From positions 6,787-70,786 of the forward strand of contig JAUCBJ010000974.1 of assembly GCA_032718475.1 (NCBI GenBank): a stretch of 64,000 nucleotides of DNA, written 5' to 3'. The stretch comes from Nemertoderma westbladi (lineage: Eukaryota; Animalia; Xenacoelomorpha). The translations under genes were made by a program, and so were the position numbers. Each line of letters starts with the position of its first letter. The first letter of the stretch is position 1. Shown here one piece after another: positions 27,718 to 40,947 of the stretch. The notes under the pieces were generated by a model. That model searched no databases, had not been told where the DNA came from, and saw nothing but the letters and a program-made list of their open reading frames with translations.

Positions 27718-30700
27718 TATACTTTAACAATAGCGCTTAAGTGAGTTAAAATTTAAATTGGTTAATAAAGCGTACTTAATTATTTATATAATAAAATGTA
27801 TGTACATTTATTAATAAATCTAATACTACAACTAATACCTACAACAACTAATTATTTGAATTAGCCGGCCAATAGGGCGATGAAGAGTCTGTGGCTCAAA
27901 TTTGATTCCCTTTGCTTTGGTTTTGCGACGCATGACAATAATGTCAACTGCTAGCACAAGACCATTGTCGGAAATGTGGATTTTGCTGAACCGACCTGTT
28001 TGCCATTTCTTATGTGGCAAATCCTTATCCATGAGGAGTATCATTTCATTGACTTTGACATTTTCCTTCTCGGCAAACCATTTGGTGCGCACAACTGTAT
28101 GGTTGGAAGGTAATATCTCTCGAAGTGAATGGTAAATCTTTCCGAGAGTAGCTGCATCAGTTGTCACTTGGTGCGCAAATACTCATCACCCTGCTCTGGT
28201 TTAGACACTGGCAACATTACTACTGGCTTTTTCAGTAAAAAATGTCCAGGTGTCAGTGCTTCTAAGGATTTCGGCTCCAAAGAAATGGGCATGAGAGGTC
28301 TGTCGTTAAGATATGCTGCTATTTCTTCTAATAGGGTGTGGAGCAATTCATCATTCAGCATCATTATTTATATAATAAAATGTATGTACATTTATTAATA
28401 AATATAATACTACAACTAATACCTACAACAACTAATTATTTGAATTAGCCGGCCAATAGGGCGATGAAGAGTCTGTGGCTCAAATTTGATTCCCTTTGCT
28501 TTGGTTTTGCGACGCATGACAATAATGTCAACTGCTCGCACAATACCATTGTCGGAAATGTGGATTTTGCTGATCCGACCTGTTTGCCATTTATTACGTG
28601 GCAAATCCTTATCCATGAGGAGTATCATTTCATTGACTTTGACATTTTCCTTCTCGGCAAACCATTTGGTGCGCACAACTGTATGGTTGGAAGGTAATAT
28701 CTCTCGAAGTGAATGGTAAATCTTTCCGAGAGTAGCTGCATCAGTTGTCACTTGGTGCGCAAATACTCATCACCCTGCTCTGGTTTAGACACTGGCAACA
28801 TTACTACTGGCTTTTTCAGTAAAAAATGTCCAGGTGTCAGTGCTTCTAAGGATTTCGGCTCCGAAGAAATGGGCATGAGAGGTCTGTCGTTAAGATATGC
28901 TGCTATTTCTTCTAATAGGGTGTGGAGCAATTCATCATTCAGCAGTGTCTGACAGGGTACTACATGGTGAAAGGCAGTCTTGACACTCCGGATCAGTCTC
29001 TCCCAACTGCCTCCCCACCATGGAGCATCAGCTGCATTAAATCTCCAGGAGGAAGCAGTCACCTTGAGTTGTTCCTTGAGTTGTGCCAAAGTGCGCAATC
29101 TGACGACGCAGGAATAACAGGAAACTAGCCATTGAAAGGTCATTTACTATGTCTAAGTTTATAGCTCTACAAGTGAGACAGACAAAAATAACACACCAGC
29201 GCTTGATCATTGTGTCATTGATCATTTCACCTCAATCAGCCCAAAGAGGTCGACTCCCGTGTTGGTAAATGGGGGCTCGTAACCACTTACGTACATAGTG
29301 TCAACCGAGATGGGGGCATTTGTCAAGCGTCCACCCACTCGTATGAGTCCATCTAAAATGGTGCTTGTAAATATGTCAGGTAACAGCGTTGTCAGGGTTG
29401 TCAATAAGTTTCTTGTAATTCAGTGGGTCATCATGGGCTTGCATAAGCCTCAATACTTGTTTGTTGGTTGTTTCCAACTCCTCACCTGTGACCTTCTGTC
29501 TAATTTTTCTAACCTTATCAGCAGTCACAATTCTCTTACCATCTGAGTCGAAAAGGGGGGAAAAGAGTTTATTTCCTGGATGTTTATTTGATGGTTTTGA
29601 CAAAAAATTTCCAACTCTGTAGCTAGTGCAACGTCCTTTCTAACCGAATACTTTATATGTAAACATCTCTTCAAGTAGGTTAATGCCTTACACAGGCGAT
29701 GCCAAGAACTGTAGTGGTTCAGAGCATTAATTATTAGAGGCGATAAACCTGGTTTTAGATTTGGATGGTCGTTATTGACCCAGGGTAGGGCTGAGTCACT
29801 CACCGTATTACTTTCATTTAGTAACCATCGAAGATCATTTCCTGATTCTTTATCTGAGGTACTGGTAGGCCTATAATCAGATTGATCCAGAGGTTCATCC
29901 ACATCTGCGAGCTCCCCATCTGTTAACAAGACTGACATGTCCAATGGACGGAATAATTTGGACTTTATGGCATTTTTTCGAGGTCTTACAATTTCTGCAC
30001 CCTTAGCAGCTCTAATTTCTGCAGTAGAGAGTTTACGGGGCCACTCTGTTATAGGGATCATATGTTTATGGGGCCCCTTTCTTTAAAAATTCAGGCCCGC
30101 CCAACCAACAAGAGGTTGATATTAGTTCTTGGGGAGTTGCTCCTCGAGATGCGATATCGGCCGGGTTTAAGATTCCGGGGCAATGCCGCCATTGTTCTTC
30201 AGTACTTCGGCTCAAGATCTTTTTCACTCGGTTGGTTATAAACACGCTAAATTGACAGACATGATTGGTCAAATACTCGAGTACAAGTACAGCATCAGTC
30301 CAATAGTAGGTTTTCTCAATTTCATATGTGGTTTGCTCTAGAATGTTCCTAGCAATTTGGGAGGAATAAAGCACCGCATTCAACTCAGCTCAAGGAGGTG
30401 TCAACTTATTGGAAATTAGTGCTTTCGATGCGACTAGGGAGACACGGACATCTGTAGGTGTTTGGACCCGAAAATATGCCACAATGCCGAGGCCTATATC
30501 GCTTGCATCTCCGAATGCATGAAGTTGGTAGGAGTAGTCGGGGAGTACGTGTCCAAAGTAAGTACGGGGAATCCTCATTCTCTCGATGTCAGGCAATGCA
30601 TCTTCCCACTTATACCAACGTGCTAACAAGTCGCCGCACAAGGGGTTATCCCAGGAGTTGTTCCAACTCAACATTTCATGAACGAGTCCTCTTGCTTGAA

Positions 30701-31752
30701 GAATGACAGGGCTAATGAACCCAATCGGATCGAAGTAACTACTGAGAATACTTAGGCAGTTGCGCTTTGTCTGCACACGTTCAGGTCTTATTTTCAACTT
30801 GAAACACATCTCATCTGTTTCTGTTAACCATTTAAGACCCAATGTTTTAGTATCAGGTAACTCGTCCCTAACTAGGTCTAGTTCCTTATTTCCTCTCTCA
30901 ACAGGGTCAATAGATTCGAGGAACTCTCGGCTATTGCTGGTAAAGTACGGTAAATGAAATCCGCCTCTTTTCAGACAGTCAACAGTGCCATGTACAACAC
31001 TGATGGCCTCTGCAACAGTTGGGACCGACTTAAGATTATCATCCATATAAATGCCCCTTTCTATGTTCTCAATGACAGCTGGGGAGAAGTCCTTTCGATT
31101 ATGATGGGCAGTGGTTCGTATAATGGACCACGCATTTGAGGGACTCGATTTAATACCAAATGTTTGTATCGCCATGCGATATTCCAGTGGCTCCTTAGAC
31201 AGATCCCCATCAGGCCACCATAAGAATCGGAGGCTATTACGATCCTCAACTAAGGATTTCACCTGCAAAAACATCCCTTCTATATCAGAAGCGAAAGCAA
31301 TTGAATATTGGCGCAATCTGATTAAAATACCTAACAGTTGTCGCAAGAGGTTTGGGCCTGGCATCAATTCGGTATTGAGTGATTGACCTCGGAATAGTGC
31401 TGACCCATCAAAGACAACACATACTTGGCCGGGTTTGTCTGTTCTTTCCACATAGAGATGTGTCAAATAATATGTTCGGTCCGTGGTTTCCAGAACATTA
31501 GGGACTCTTTCAGCATAACCATTGTCGATATATTTATTCCTCTGTGTATTATACATCTGATGAGCCATTGGGTTGGCTTTTAGGCGTTTCTTCAGTTGGG
31601 CTGCTCGCTTTACTGCTAATGTCCTATTATTATGAAACACTGGTTTACCATTCTTCCACAGGAGGCCTATCTCATACCGTCCTTCTTTTGGAAGAGATTT
31701 AGTTGTGGATTTTTGAATATGGATGGCGCGCTCCTCTTGCACAGACAGTGCC
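27718..31752 (-). mobile_element. Bel/Pao element C, 3' part (decayed RT-RH-IN)
   Basis: SDIEGMF, IYMDD, FGDAS, YWTDA, NPADIASRG, GVDLFG and WGGSWERL motifs, with stops and frameshifts. Confidence 0.9.
27779..28944. repeat. 584-bp tandem duplication of the integrase C-terminus of element C
   Basis: 27779-28362 and 28363-28944 are near-identical; duplicate ORFs 27832..28167 and 28416..28751. Confidence 0.92.
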
Positions 31753-32372
31753 TGTTAGCGTATTCAATTCCGCTAACACCCCACAAAGTAAGCCGTTAAG
31801 CAATATTGGGGGCCACGAGGTTGGGTAACCAACCACTGTTGCCACCCCAACAAAGTGGGAAGGATAAACACACAATAGGGGTCAGGGGCCACACCCCTGA
31901 CCGAGAGAGAGTAGCAGTAGTGAAGGGAAACACTCCAAAGGGCGCCAACAGGGATATTAGCCAATGGGGGGCAGGCACCACCGGCTAGGTACCGCAATAA
32001 CGGCCAAACCGTGCAATGTATTTTATTAGGTATCAGTGATTCTTAGTTCAGTTATCTCATTGTGTTTGTCAGTTAGCTAGGGTAGAGCAGAGACTTCTAT
32101 TACCGTCCTCGCCTACCACCATTATCTGTACATACCGTAGTACTTCAATTGTTATCTATCCATTTTATACTATACCCATCTCAACGTTTATATTATACCT
32201 TCATACATATTACCGAACATCAGAACTCTTAACGAACCTTTTCACATACACGGCGGGGACGCGTAGGTAGAAAACTCAAACGGATAAATTGGGATCCGTA
32301 GATCCCGTCACAGTAATAGAACACCAGCTGCTACCCATATAAGCTATCGATCTAAAGACAAACTCCAAAGAG

Positions 32373-35300
32373 ATGACGCCAACACGGACCACGGACGAAG
32401 AACTAACGATCCGCGAGGCCGCGACCAGACGGTATAGGCCCACGACGCCGGACCCATCGGTAACAGGTCATCTGGCAGTTCAAGATGAGGGGGGCCGTCT
32501 GGAGCAGGAAGTCGAGTTGAGAGAAGGAGAGAGCGAGGTGGAAGGAGAAAGAGACGAGTCGACACACGTCGGTCGACGTACCGATGTCGCCGGCCAGCCA
32601 CAGGCCGAGGGCGATGGACGGCCCACCGGAACGGTGACGGTGGGGCCGCCGGTACGACGTCGGACCCGGAGAGATGGAGGAGAGGTCGGCGACGAGGACG
32701 TCGGGGTTTCTGATCGACTTCGACGGGCCTACAACGCGACCCGGAAGCTACTTAAGGAGGCCAAGGAGGGGGCGAGGATAGATGAGGTAAAGTTGACAAC
32801 AGGACTAGGTGAGTCGGATAGACATTTTTGTTATCTAATGCGCTTCGGGCAGAGAGAACTGGCCAAGGAGAGAGCGAGAGGGGTTGCCGAGGAACTGTGT
32901 GACTTATGGCGGTGTAGGGGTATGCAACCTAACGTAGTGTACATAGGGCGATACTTAGTCGATGCCCGGGGTATAAAATCAGTGGGTTGGAGGAGACCTG
33001 AGGAGGGCGAATCCGAGGTTGACCCCGAGGATTCGGTCTCGTCGGTCGGGAGGAATTCCAGTTCCGGGAGGCGGGGGAGAGTTAGTAGATCGGGAAGGTG
33101 GAGGGAATCCGTCGCAACCGATAAATCTGCTACATCCTCCGTAAAAAAAAGACGGGTGAGAGAGATAAACGCCACGTACCATCTCGACCTGATAGCGCAA
33201 GGTCAGAGAGAAGTAAATAGACGGTTAGAGGAGGGGAGAATGCTACTAGATAAGGAAATGGAACTGATTAGAGAAACCGGAGAGAGGGCCGAAAGGGCCG
33301 CGAAAAGCCTTAGGGAGTGTGAGGAAATAGCGAGGAAGGAACAAGAGGAGCGTGAGGCGAGAGAGGAAAGCGAACACAAAGAGCGTGAGGCGGAACGCAA
33401 GGAACGTGAGGCGAGAGAGAAAAGTGAACGCGAGGAGCGTGAGGCGAGAGAGAAAAGTGAACGCAAGGAGCGTGAGGCGAGAGAGGAAAATGAACGCAAA
33501 GAGCATGAGGCGGAACGCAAGGAGCGTGAGGCGAGGCGAAGGGAGGCAGCTAGGAGAGAGGCGGAATTGGCCGACCAGAACGCACTGGAGGGTCGGGAGA
33601 GAATAGCAAGAGAGATGCTTGAGCGAAAAGAATTGGAAAAACGCCAAAGTGAGCTTATAGAGTACAAAACTAGATGCATGCGCGAGCTGGAACTGGCGCG
33701 GTTAGGGGCGTCTGAGAGTGGGACTGGCTCGAATATTTTCCAGGAACCAAGGGCCGTGGATACATTTATTAACACCCCACTTACAGGGTCCGCACGACAG
33801 ACATGAAACTGGTGTGACCGTACGGGCGGGGGGGGGGGGGGGGGGGGGGGTAATAATAATGCTATATTAGACATCGTTAATATTAATAGTACCATATTGG
33901 ATAATCCTAACCAAACCTTTATTGCAGGAAATACATTACCTAGTAGTAGTAATTTAAATTTAAATCCGAATGATTCTGATGTTAATGTAGGAAATAATTA
34001 TAATATTAATGTAGTTACGCAAAATAATCCGAATAATCCAAATAATCTAAATAATAATCTGAATTCGAATTTACAAAATAATTCAAGAAACGCAATTGCG
34101 CAAAAGATACCATTTAGGATGTCGGAGACATCAGGATGCATGTTCGCGGGAACTATGCAGGAAATGGGTGATGAGAGAGCAGAGGAGCAGCTTAAGAGAC
34201 TGCTCAGACAGGATTTTGAAGGATTAAAGGAGATCGGGGTCGGGACCTCGGTGGAAGACAAACAGGCTCAACAAAGCGTGGAGGAGTCTATGAAATGCGA
34301 TGAGGGGCGGTATACCATAGGGATGGTATGGAAGCTACCAAAGCTACCATTGCCCGATAATAAAGGGATGGTGCTCACGAGGCTTCGTAAGTTGAAGCAG
34401 ACACTAAAACGGAGCCCCGAGAAGAATGAGTACATCCACAGAACAATTAAGAAGTACGTCGAGAAAGGATGGGCCGTGGAGTTACCGGTCGACGAACCAA
34501 ACACGGATAGGACGTATTACCTACCACTCCACGTGGCTTTAGACCCGAAGAAAGGTAAACTGCGGATGGTAGTTGACGCATCGGCAAAGACCAACGGAAA
34601 ATGCTTAAACGACTATCTACTAGAAGGTCCGAACATATACAACTCAGGGATAGAGGTCCTACTTAGATTTAGAAATGGGAAACACGCCTTCACGTGTGAC
34701 ATAGAAGGCATGTTCAACCAAGTCCGTGTAACGGAGGAAGATAGCGACAGTCAACGCTTCTTATGGTATAACGGCGACGAAGAACCGTCGATAATACCGA
34801 CGTACAAGATGGTAGTACAGAACATGGGAGCCAAGTCGTCTTCATTTACGACGACTATGGCAGTAAGAGATACAGTGAAAGGGAAGGAGGATAGATACAG
34901 CACTAGGGCCGTCGATATGATTCGACGCGGCTTCTACGTAGACGACGGAATGGAGTCTGGAAATACGGTTAAGGAGATACTGGACACAGGGCGCGAGGTT
35001 CGCGACATCCTAAAAGGATCCGGCTTTAACCTGACCAAATTCCAATCCAGTTCGGAGGAATTTATCAAGGCGATAGGGGACGAGAGACCAGAATCGACCA
35101 TGGATAATCCCACAACGGCCAAAGGGCAGGACATGGCGAACAAGAGGACAGAGTCTCAACAGAAGGCACTGGGAATCGTGTGGAACAGAGAGACAGATGA
35201 ACTGAAGTACCAGCTGAGCCAGGAGGGCGCAGACATCCACACAAAGAGAGGCTATGTGTCATACATAGCAAGAATATACGATCCCCTAGGTCTAGCATCC

Positions 35301-37575
35301 CCACTATTAGTCACGGGGAAACAGATACTCAAGAGAGTATACAAACTGAAGGATGAGTGGGACGTAGAGGTACCAGAGGAGATCAAGAAACAGTGGTGTA
35401 AGTGGACAGAAGGTTTGGAGAAGATGGGAACATACAACATGCCGTGAGTGTATTTCCCGGATGGGAACATGACGAATCTGGACTTACACATGTTCTCCGA
35501 TGCGTCGTTGGAGGCGTACGGAGCGGCACTCTATTTAGTACAACGAGAGGGGGCTCACAAGCCCAGACTGGCCTTTAGCAAAGCGAAGTCAACGCCGCCA
35601 GATTCAGCATCAGTTCCCAAACTAGAATTGACAGCTGCCAGACTAGGAGTTAGGGCCACAGCCTACCTAGTGGATACTATTCCCAACATAGTGGAGACAC
35701 ACTACTGGACGGATTCCATGGTAGTGCTTGGTTGGCTACATAACGAAAGGACGAGATACCCTATATTCGTCGCGAATAGGGTGGACGAAATAAGGGCGAC
35801 CACAGAATTGGAAAGGTGGCACTACTGCCCAACGGACGAGAACCCAGCGGACTTGTTATCGAGGGGCTTGGCACGCCACACTTTCTTGAAGAAGGAAGTA
35901 TTGTGGCAACACGGGCCACAGTTTCTGAGCAACAAGGAGGCCTGGCCGCAGATGAGAAAGGTGGACCCGGGCTCGGGAGAAGCAGCAGTATCAGAGGGAG
36001 AAGAGGGAGATTCAGAGGGAGAAGAGATATACTCCCAGATGGTGAGGGAGATAAGGGACGTGCAACCTAAACTAGAAGAACTGTGCGATAACCCGATGGA
36101 TAAACTCCTCAGATACAGCTCTAGTTGGTATAAGACCAGGAAATTAGTGGCGTACTGGAGAGCCTTCGGGAATTTCCTCGCGGGAGTTGGCAAAGGCAAG
36201 AAGATCAGGACAACCATTGATCTGGAAGGAGCGGCTAAAGCAGTCATCCGCTATGAACAACGGAAGAACTACGGCGACGAGGTGGAACACGTCGGTAAGC
36301 AACAGCATCTTCGACGGGACAGCGAGTTAATCACGCTGTCACCACAACTTAATGATGACGGGATTCTAGTAATGAACTCTAGGGTGGGCTACAACAACAG
36401 CATCGTTGTACCGCCGAAGCCCATCATCATCCCAACAGGATCTCCAATAGTCCACCAGATTATCTGGGACTCCCACAAGTCGATATTGCACGGGGGCACC
36501 AACCGAACCCTTACGGAGATACGGAGGACCTTTTGGGTTAAGCAGTTGAGGAAGAAGGTAAAAACGGTAGTGGGGCAGTGCCAGACCTGCCGACGAGCGA
36601 AGAAGGAGCGAGCCACACAGGAGATGGCACCACTACCGGCGAGTAGGGTAAGACAGCACGACCCGCCATTTACGCATTGCGGGTGGACATGTTCGGGCCG
36701 ATAAAGATCAAAGTGTTGCGGCACACGGAGAAACGCTACGGTATTATCTTCGTATGTAACAACATGCGGGCGGTAGAACTCGCCCAAGATGCAACCGCAT
36801 CAGCATTCATTAATGCATTAGAAAGGTTCAGAGACCGTAAAGGTGGGACGATCGCAGTAATGTACTCCGACAGCGGAACCAACTTTGTGGGAGCAGAGAA
36901 CGAGATGGCAGAGGCCTTGGACATCTCGGAAGGGGAGGAAGTCAGGGCAGCCATGAGACGACGACAAGTAAAGTGGGAGAGAAGGACGCCGTATGCACCA
37001 CATACACTAGGATGAGTCGAGAGACTGGTGGGCAGTTCGAAGCGTCTCATGACGAAGCTAATGTACACCCATATGGTCACAGAAGACGTCTTGAGAACAG
37101 TACTTGCGAAGTGTGAGGGTATCATTAATAGCAGACCGCTATATCCGGAGAATGATGACCCTGAATCACTAGATGTGCTGACGCCCAGCCATTTCCTAAT
37201 GGAAAGGCCAGCGACCATCGATATGCGGGGTGTAGATCCAGATGACATACACTCCCGCCAGAGTTGGAAAGTCGCTAAAGCGATAAGCGCAGAGTATTGG
37301 AGGAGGTGGGTTGAGGAATCCTACCCACGCTTCACAAAAGAAGCAAATGGAGGAAGCCGAATAGGGAGTTAAGAGAGGGAGATCTCGTAATCGTTACGGA
37401 TGATACTATCATCAACAACCAGTGGCGGTTGGCGAGAGTTGTAGGCACCTACTCCGATGAGGACGGAAGAGTCCGATCGGTAGAGGTGCGGATAGGTGGC
37501 AAGATAGGTGCGAAGGACAGAAAAACCTACAGGAGAGCTGTAGGGAAATGCTGTCTACTAGAAGGGGCACCTTAG
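32373..37575 (+). pseudogene. Gag-Pol of D: gag N-terminus with coiled coil joined to RT-RH-IN; capsid, knuckles and protease absent
   Basis: ORFs 32373, 33897 and 35448 share a frame, separated by single TGAs; CDIEGMF, FYVDD, FSDAS, NPAD and SDSGTNF motifs; frameshifts near 36690 and 37320. Confidence 0.88.
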
Positions 37576-37684
37576 AGTGGAGTTAGAGTGTAGTTTAGTC
37601 GTCCAAGTCTTGGACTGAGGGGGGTGGGATTGAGGGCGAGACGCCCTTCCCACACATAAAAGTAAAAAATAAAATAAATAAAAA

Positions 37685-38112
37685 TTAGAGTTAGTTAGTT
37701 AGTTAGGAGTTAGAAGGAGTTAGAAGGTACGTAGTACCTAGAGTCAGGAAACAGTTAGTTAGTTAGGAGGTACGTAGTACCGTTAGTTAGAGAGTTAGTT
37801 AGTTAGGAGGTACGTAGTACCGTTAGTTAGTAAAGAGAGTTAGTGGAGTTAGAGTAGTTAGGAGGTACGTAGTACCGTTAGTTAGTAAAGAGAGTTAGTG
37901 GAGTTAGTAGTAAGAGGGTACGTAGTACCGTTAGTTAGTGGAGTTAGAGTAGTAAGAGGGTACATAGTACCGTTAGTTAGTGGAGTTAGAGTAGTTAGAG
38001 GGTAAGTAGTACCGTTAGTCAGAGGTATTAGAGTAAGAGTTAGAGGGTACGTAGTACCGCTAGTTAGAGAGAGAGAGAGTAAGAGTTAGAGGGTACGTAG
38101 TACCGATTAGTA
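37685..38112 (+). repeat. Array of nine GGTAC-GTA-GTACC hairpin units in GTTA/GAG-rich spacers
   Basis: Cores at about 37726, 37769, 37809, 37864, 37917, 37959, 38001, 38046 and 38092. Confidence 0.88.
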
Positions 38113-39840
38113 ATAGGGGTAGAAGGGATATGTATAATATGGATTGTTCGAAGAGACAGTAACAAAATACCCTGCAATATCTTACTGTAAAGTTTGTGAA
38201 TCAAATCATAAATCCGACCTTCTCACCAAAACAGTAAACTCTAAGTAAGCGAATATATATTGCAGTATCGGTCTCTTATAACCGGTGAGGCAGAAAACAG
38301 TCTACGAACAGACAAACTTCGATAAAACAAAATCCCGCGCAGCGAATCCTAAAATCAGGCTGACTCACTGACGGAGTAAGGGGCTCGTATACTTTGCCGC
38401 GGTGTGATTTATATGGTTGGGCGAGAAAGATGCTAGCTAGGTGCAGAAAGGTCTAACTAGCGGGCAAAGCACAGTATGGACAAAAATTATTTTATATATT
38501 TTGAGGTGTAAATAATTTCTAACGCGCGTGTGTCTTGATTCTAAACAGTCAAAAGTCAGTTTTGCTCCTTCATATATATAATTACTGGGTCCGGTGTGCA
38601 TTTTACAAATATTCTAATTTTGTAACTTGTAGGTCCAATACTCACGAATGATAAGGCTCCTTCCCCCTTTGTGTATTTCCAGGACTCAAATTCAGGCATA
38701 AGGTTAATACTACACCCAGAATTCGTCAATTTTAATTTACCAGGTCCCTAATACTAAGAAGAAATGTGTTAGTTTACTACAGTAGGCGTACAGTTACTAA
38801 TAGCTAGCCTGGTGTTCTTATCTAGAATTTTGGCTGCCTAGATGTGCACGGCAACTTCCTAACAGAATGTTGGCGGGGAGACGGTAGATGTTAGTATCCC
38901 TAAATAGCCTCAATTTATTTGCGCCTAGTTGTAAACTGCCCTACCGCCTGAACGGTACAATCCCAATTCAGGTAAAACACAGTAACTCTTCTGGCCTACA
39001 AGTTCTAATGCAATGGACACCGTTGTACTACAAACAGTCACAGACGCACCTGTACTTAGCAAGAGTTAGGCGTACAGTTTGCTGCACCCTACCAATGTGT
39101 ATGCCTTGTACCGGTGTGCCTGCGTCCTATCTGTGTACTAGTATCTCTGCCTGCTCTCCCCCCGTAGGAATATGAAGGTCTACTGTGGGTTTTTTCTCTG
39201 AATTAAGACAGTACGGTCCCTAGATGTAATTTTTAGCACACAGCGTGTCACTACCTCTACCTTCGATCTTTGGTCTTATACTTAGGTAGCAAGGCATTGA
39301 ACGCTGTCTAACCTTTCAGGCGATGGGCGAATAACTCAAGAGTGATATTGTGGGTTGTCTCCTTCTACATTCCTCAGATGTTCTCGTTCATCGCTGTGGC
39401 CCGATGTCTAGCCTGCCATCCTGTCCCTCAGTTAGGTTCACCGTGGTAAAACATGATAAAAAAAAAGGGCAGATGTAACAAGTATTTCTAACTTTATTAC
39501 AGAATATATACGTAAATGTAACAAGAAACTAATAGATAACTAATAAAGATTAGGATAAGCAAGAATGATTGATACACTAAGAGTGAGAGATTATTAACTA
39601 ATGAACGAAATCGCACCTTTTATAGCAAATTTGTGCTGCAATCAATCGAGAAAATTCTCGATTGTTCTATGAGTTCTAATAGGTTTTTAAAGATAACTAT
39701 TGGTCCAGCGAATATATAACTTGCACGACATTGGTTACTATCTAATAACTGCAATCCCATTGGTTAATCTACTTCGAGCAAATGCAATTTAATTTGTAGT
39801 GGTTAATTTAAATGAGTTGAAACTCTGCACAAAAAATAAT

Positions 39841-39915
39841 TCGCACCTACTAGGATTCGAACTCAATACCTACTACATATAATTTCCAACGCTTTACCGA
39901 CTGAGCTACTGAACC
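39841..39915 (-). ncRNA. tRNA-derived Pol III-like unit inside the LTR of E (second copy 56618-56692)
   Basis: A box TAGCTCAGTCGG, B box GAGTTCGAATCC, T6 run 5 nt downstream; acceptor and anticodon stems do not pair. Confidence 0.6.
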
Positions 39916-40519
39916 ACTTGAATAATCATCGTACAAATAGATATAGTAAATACAAATGAGGACTTAATGTAATCTTTATAGCAAAGTTAATTCGAACAAA
40001 ATAAAATTTTCAAAATCCACGGCATTTATGAGAATATAATTCTATACCGCTCCATGAAAACAGGATATTATCGTGCATAAAATATACGGTTTTCACCAAT
40101 ACTAATCAAATTATGGAATACTTGGGACGTACTTACATATTTATAAATTAAATCTCAACAATAATACCTCTACATAATAATTCGATACAAAAATAATTAC
40201 AAATTCAAACTTTACGTATTTAAGGCTTTATTAAGTAAGTACAATATAAATCTAAATTAAATTCACCAAAATAAATCTATTGCATCTCAAATATTGCATA
40301 AATTCAAACAATCACAAATACTAATACTACTTAGATATAAAACAAATTACATAAGTTCGGAATAAATCACAAGAAAGGCTCACAAGTCTTCCGTCTGCTC
40401 TTGCCTTCTATTTAATGTAAATACAAATACTGCTTCTTTATAAAAGATAAATTGCATACTATTCGAAACAATAAATTGCGTAAGTTTGGAATGACTACAA
40501 ATATAGCACTTTCTAAATA

Positions 40520-40905
40520 TAAATCTTTACTAAATTGCATAAGTTTAGAATAATATTGCATAAGTTTAGAATAATACTGCATAAGTTTAGAATAATATAA
40601 ACTCTTTTGCATCTCAAATATGAAATATAAATCTTTCAAATATAGATTCCTTCTAAATATAAAACTTTCTAAATTTCAAAATTGGAACAATACAAATACA
40701 TAAGTTTAGAACAATGTAAATTGCATAAATTTAGAATAATATAAATTGCATAAATTTAGAACAATATAAATTGCATAAATTTAGAGCAATATAAATTTTA
40801 AACAATACAAATTACATAAACAATTCAATTTACATAAACAATTTGATTTACCTAAACAATGCATAAAACAATACATAAAACAATACATAAAACAAACAAT
40901 TCATA
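40520..40905. repeat. AT-rich tandem repeats (22-bp and 11-bp units) in the 3' UTR of E
   Basis: TTGCATAA(G/A)TTTAGAA(T/C)AAT units followed by AATACATAAAAC units. Confidence 0.75.
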
Positions 40906-40947
40906 AGAAAGGCTCACGAGTCTTCCGTCCACTCCTTCCTTCCCGCT

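Noticed and set aside
37685-38112. CRISPR-like repeat/spacer array
   Set aside because: Spacers are low-complexity and related to each other, there are no cas genes, and the context is a eukaryotic retrotransposon.
38888-39175. Identical 95-aa ORF in two places (also 55665..55952); likewise the 63-aa ORFs at 1964 and 8697
   Set aside because: Duplicated only because they lie in LTRs; no protein features.
39841-39915. Element-encoded tRNA acting as the primer for E
   Set aside because: Its sequence is not complementary to GTAGGAATATG and it lacks an acceptor stem.
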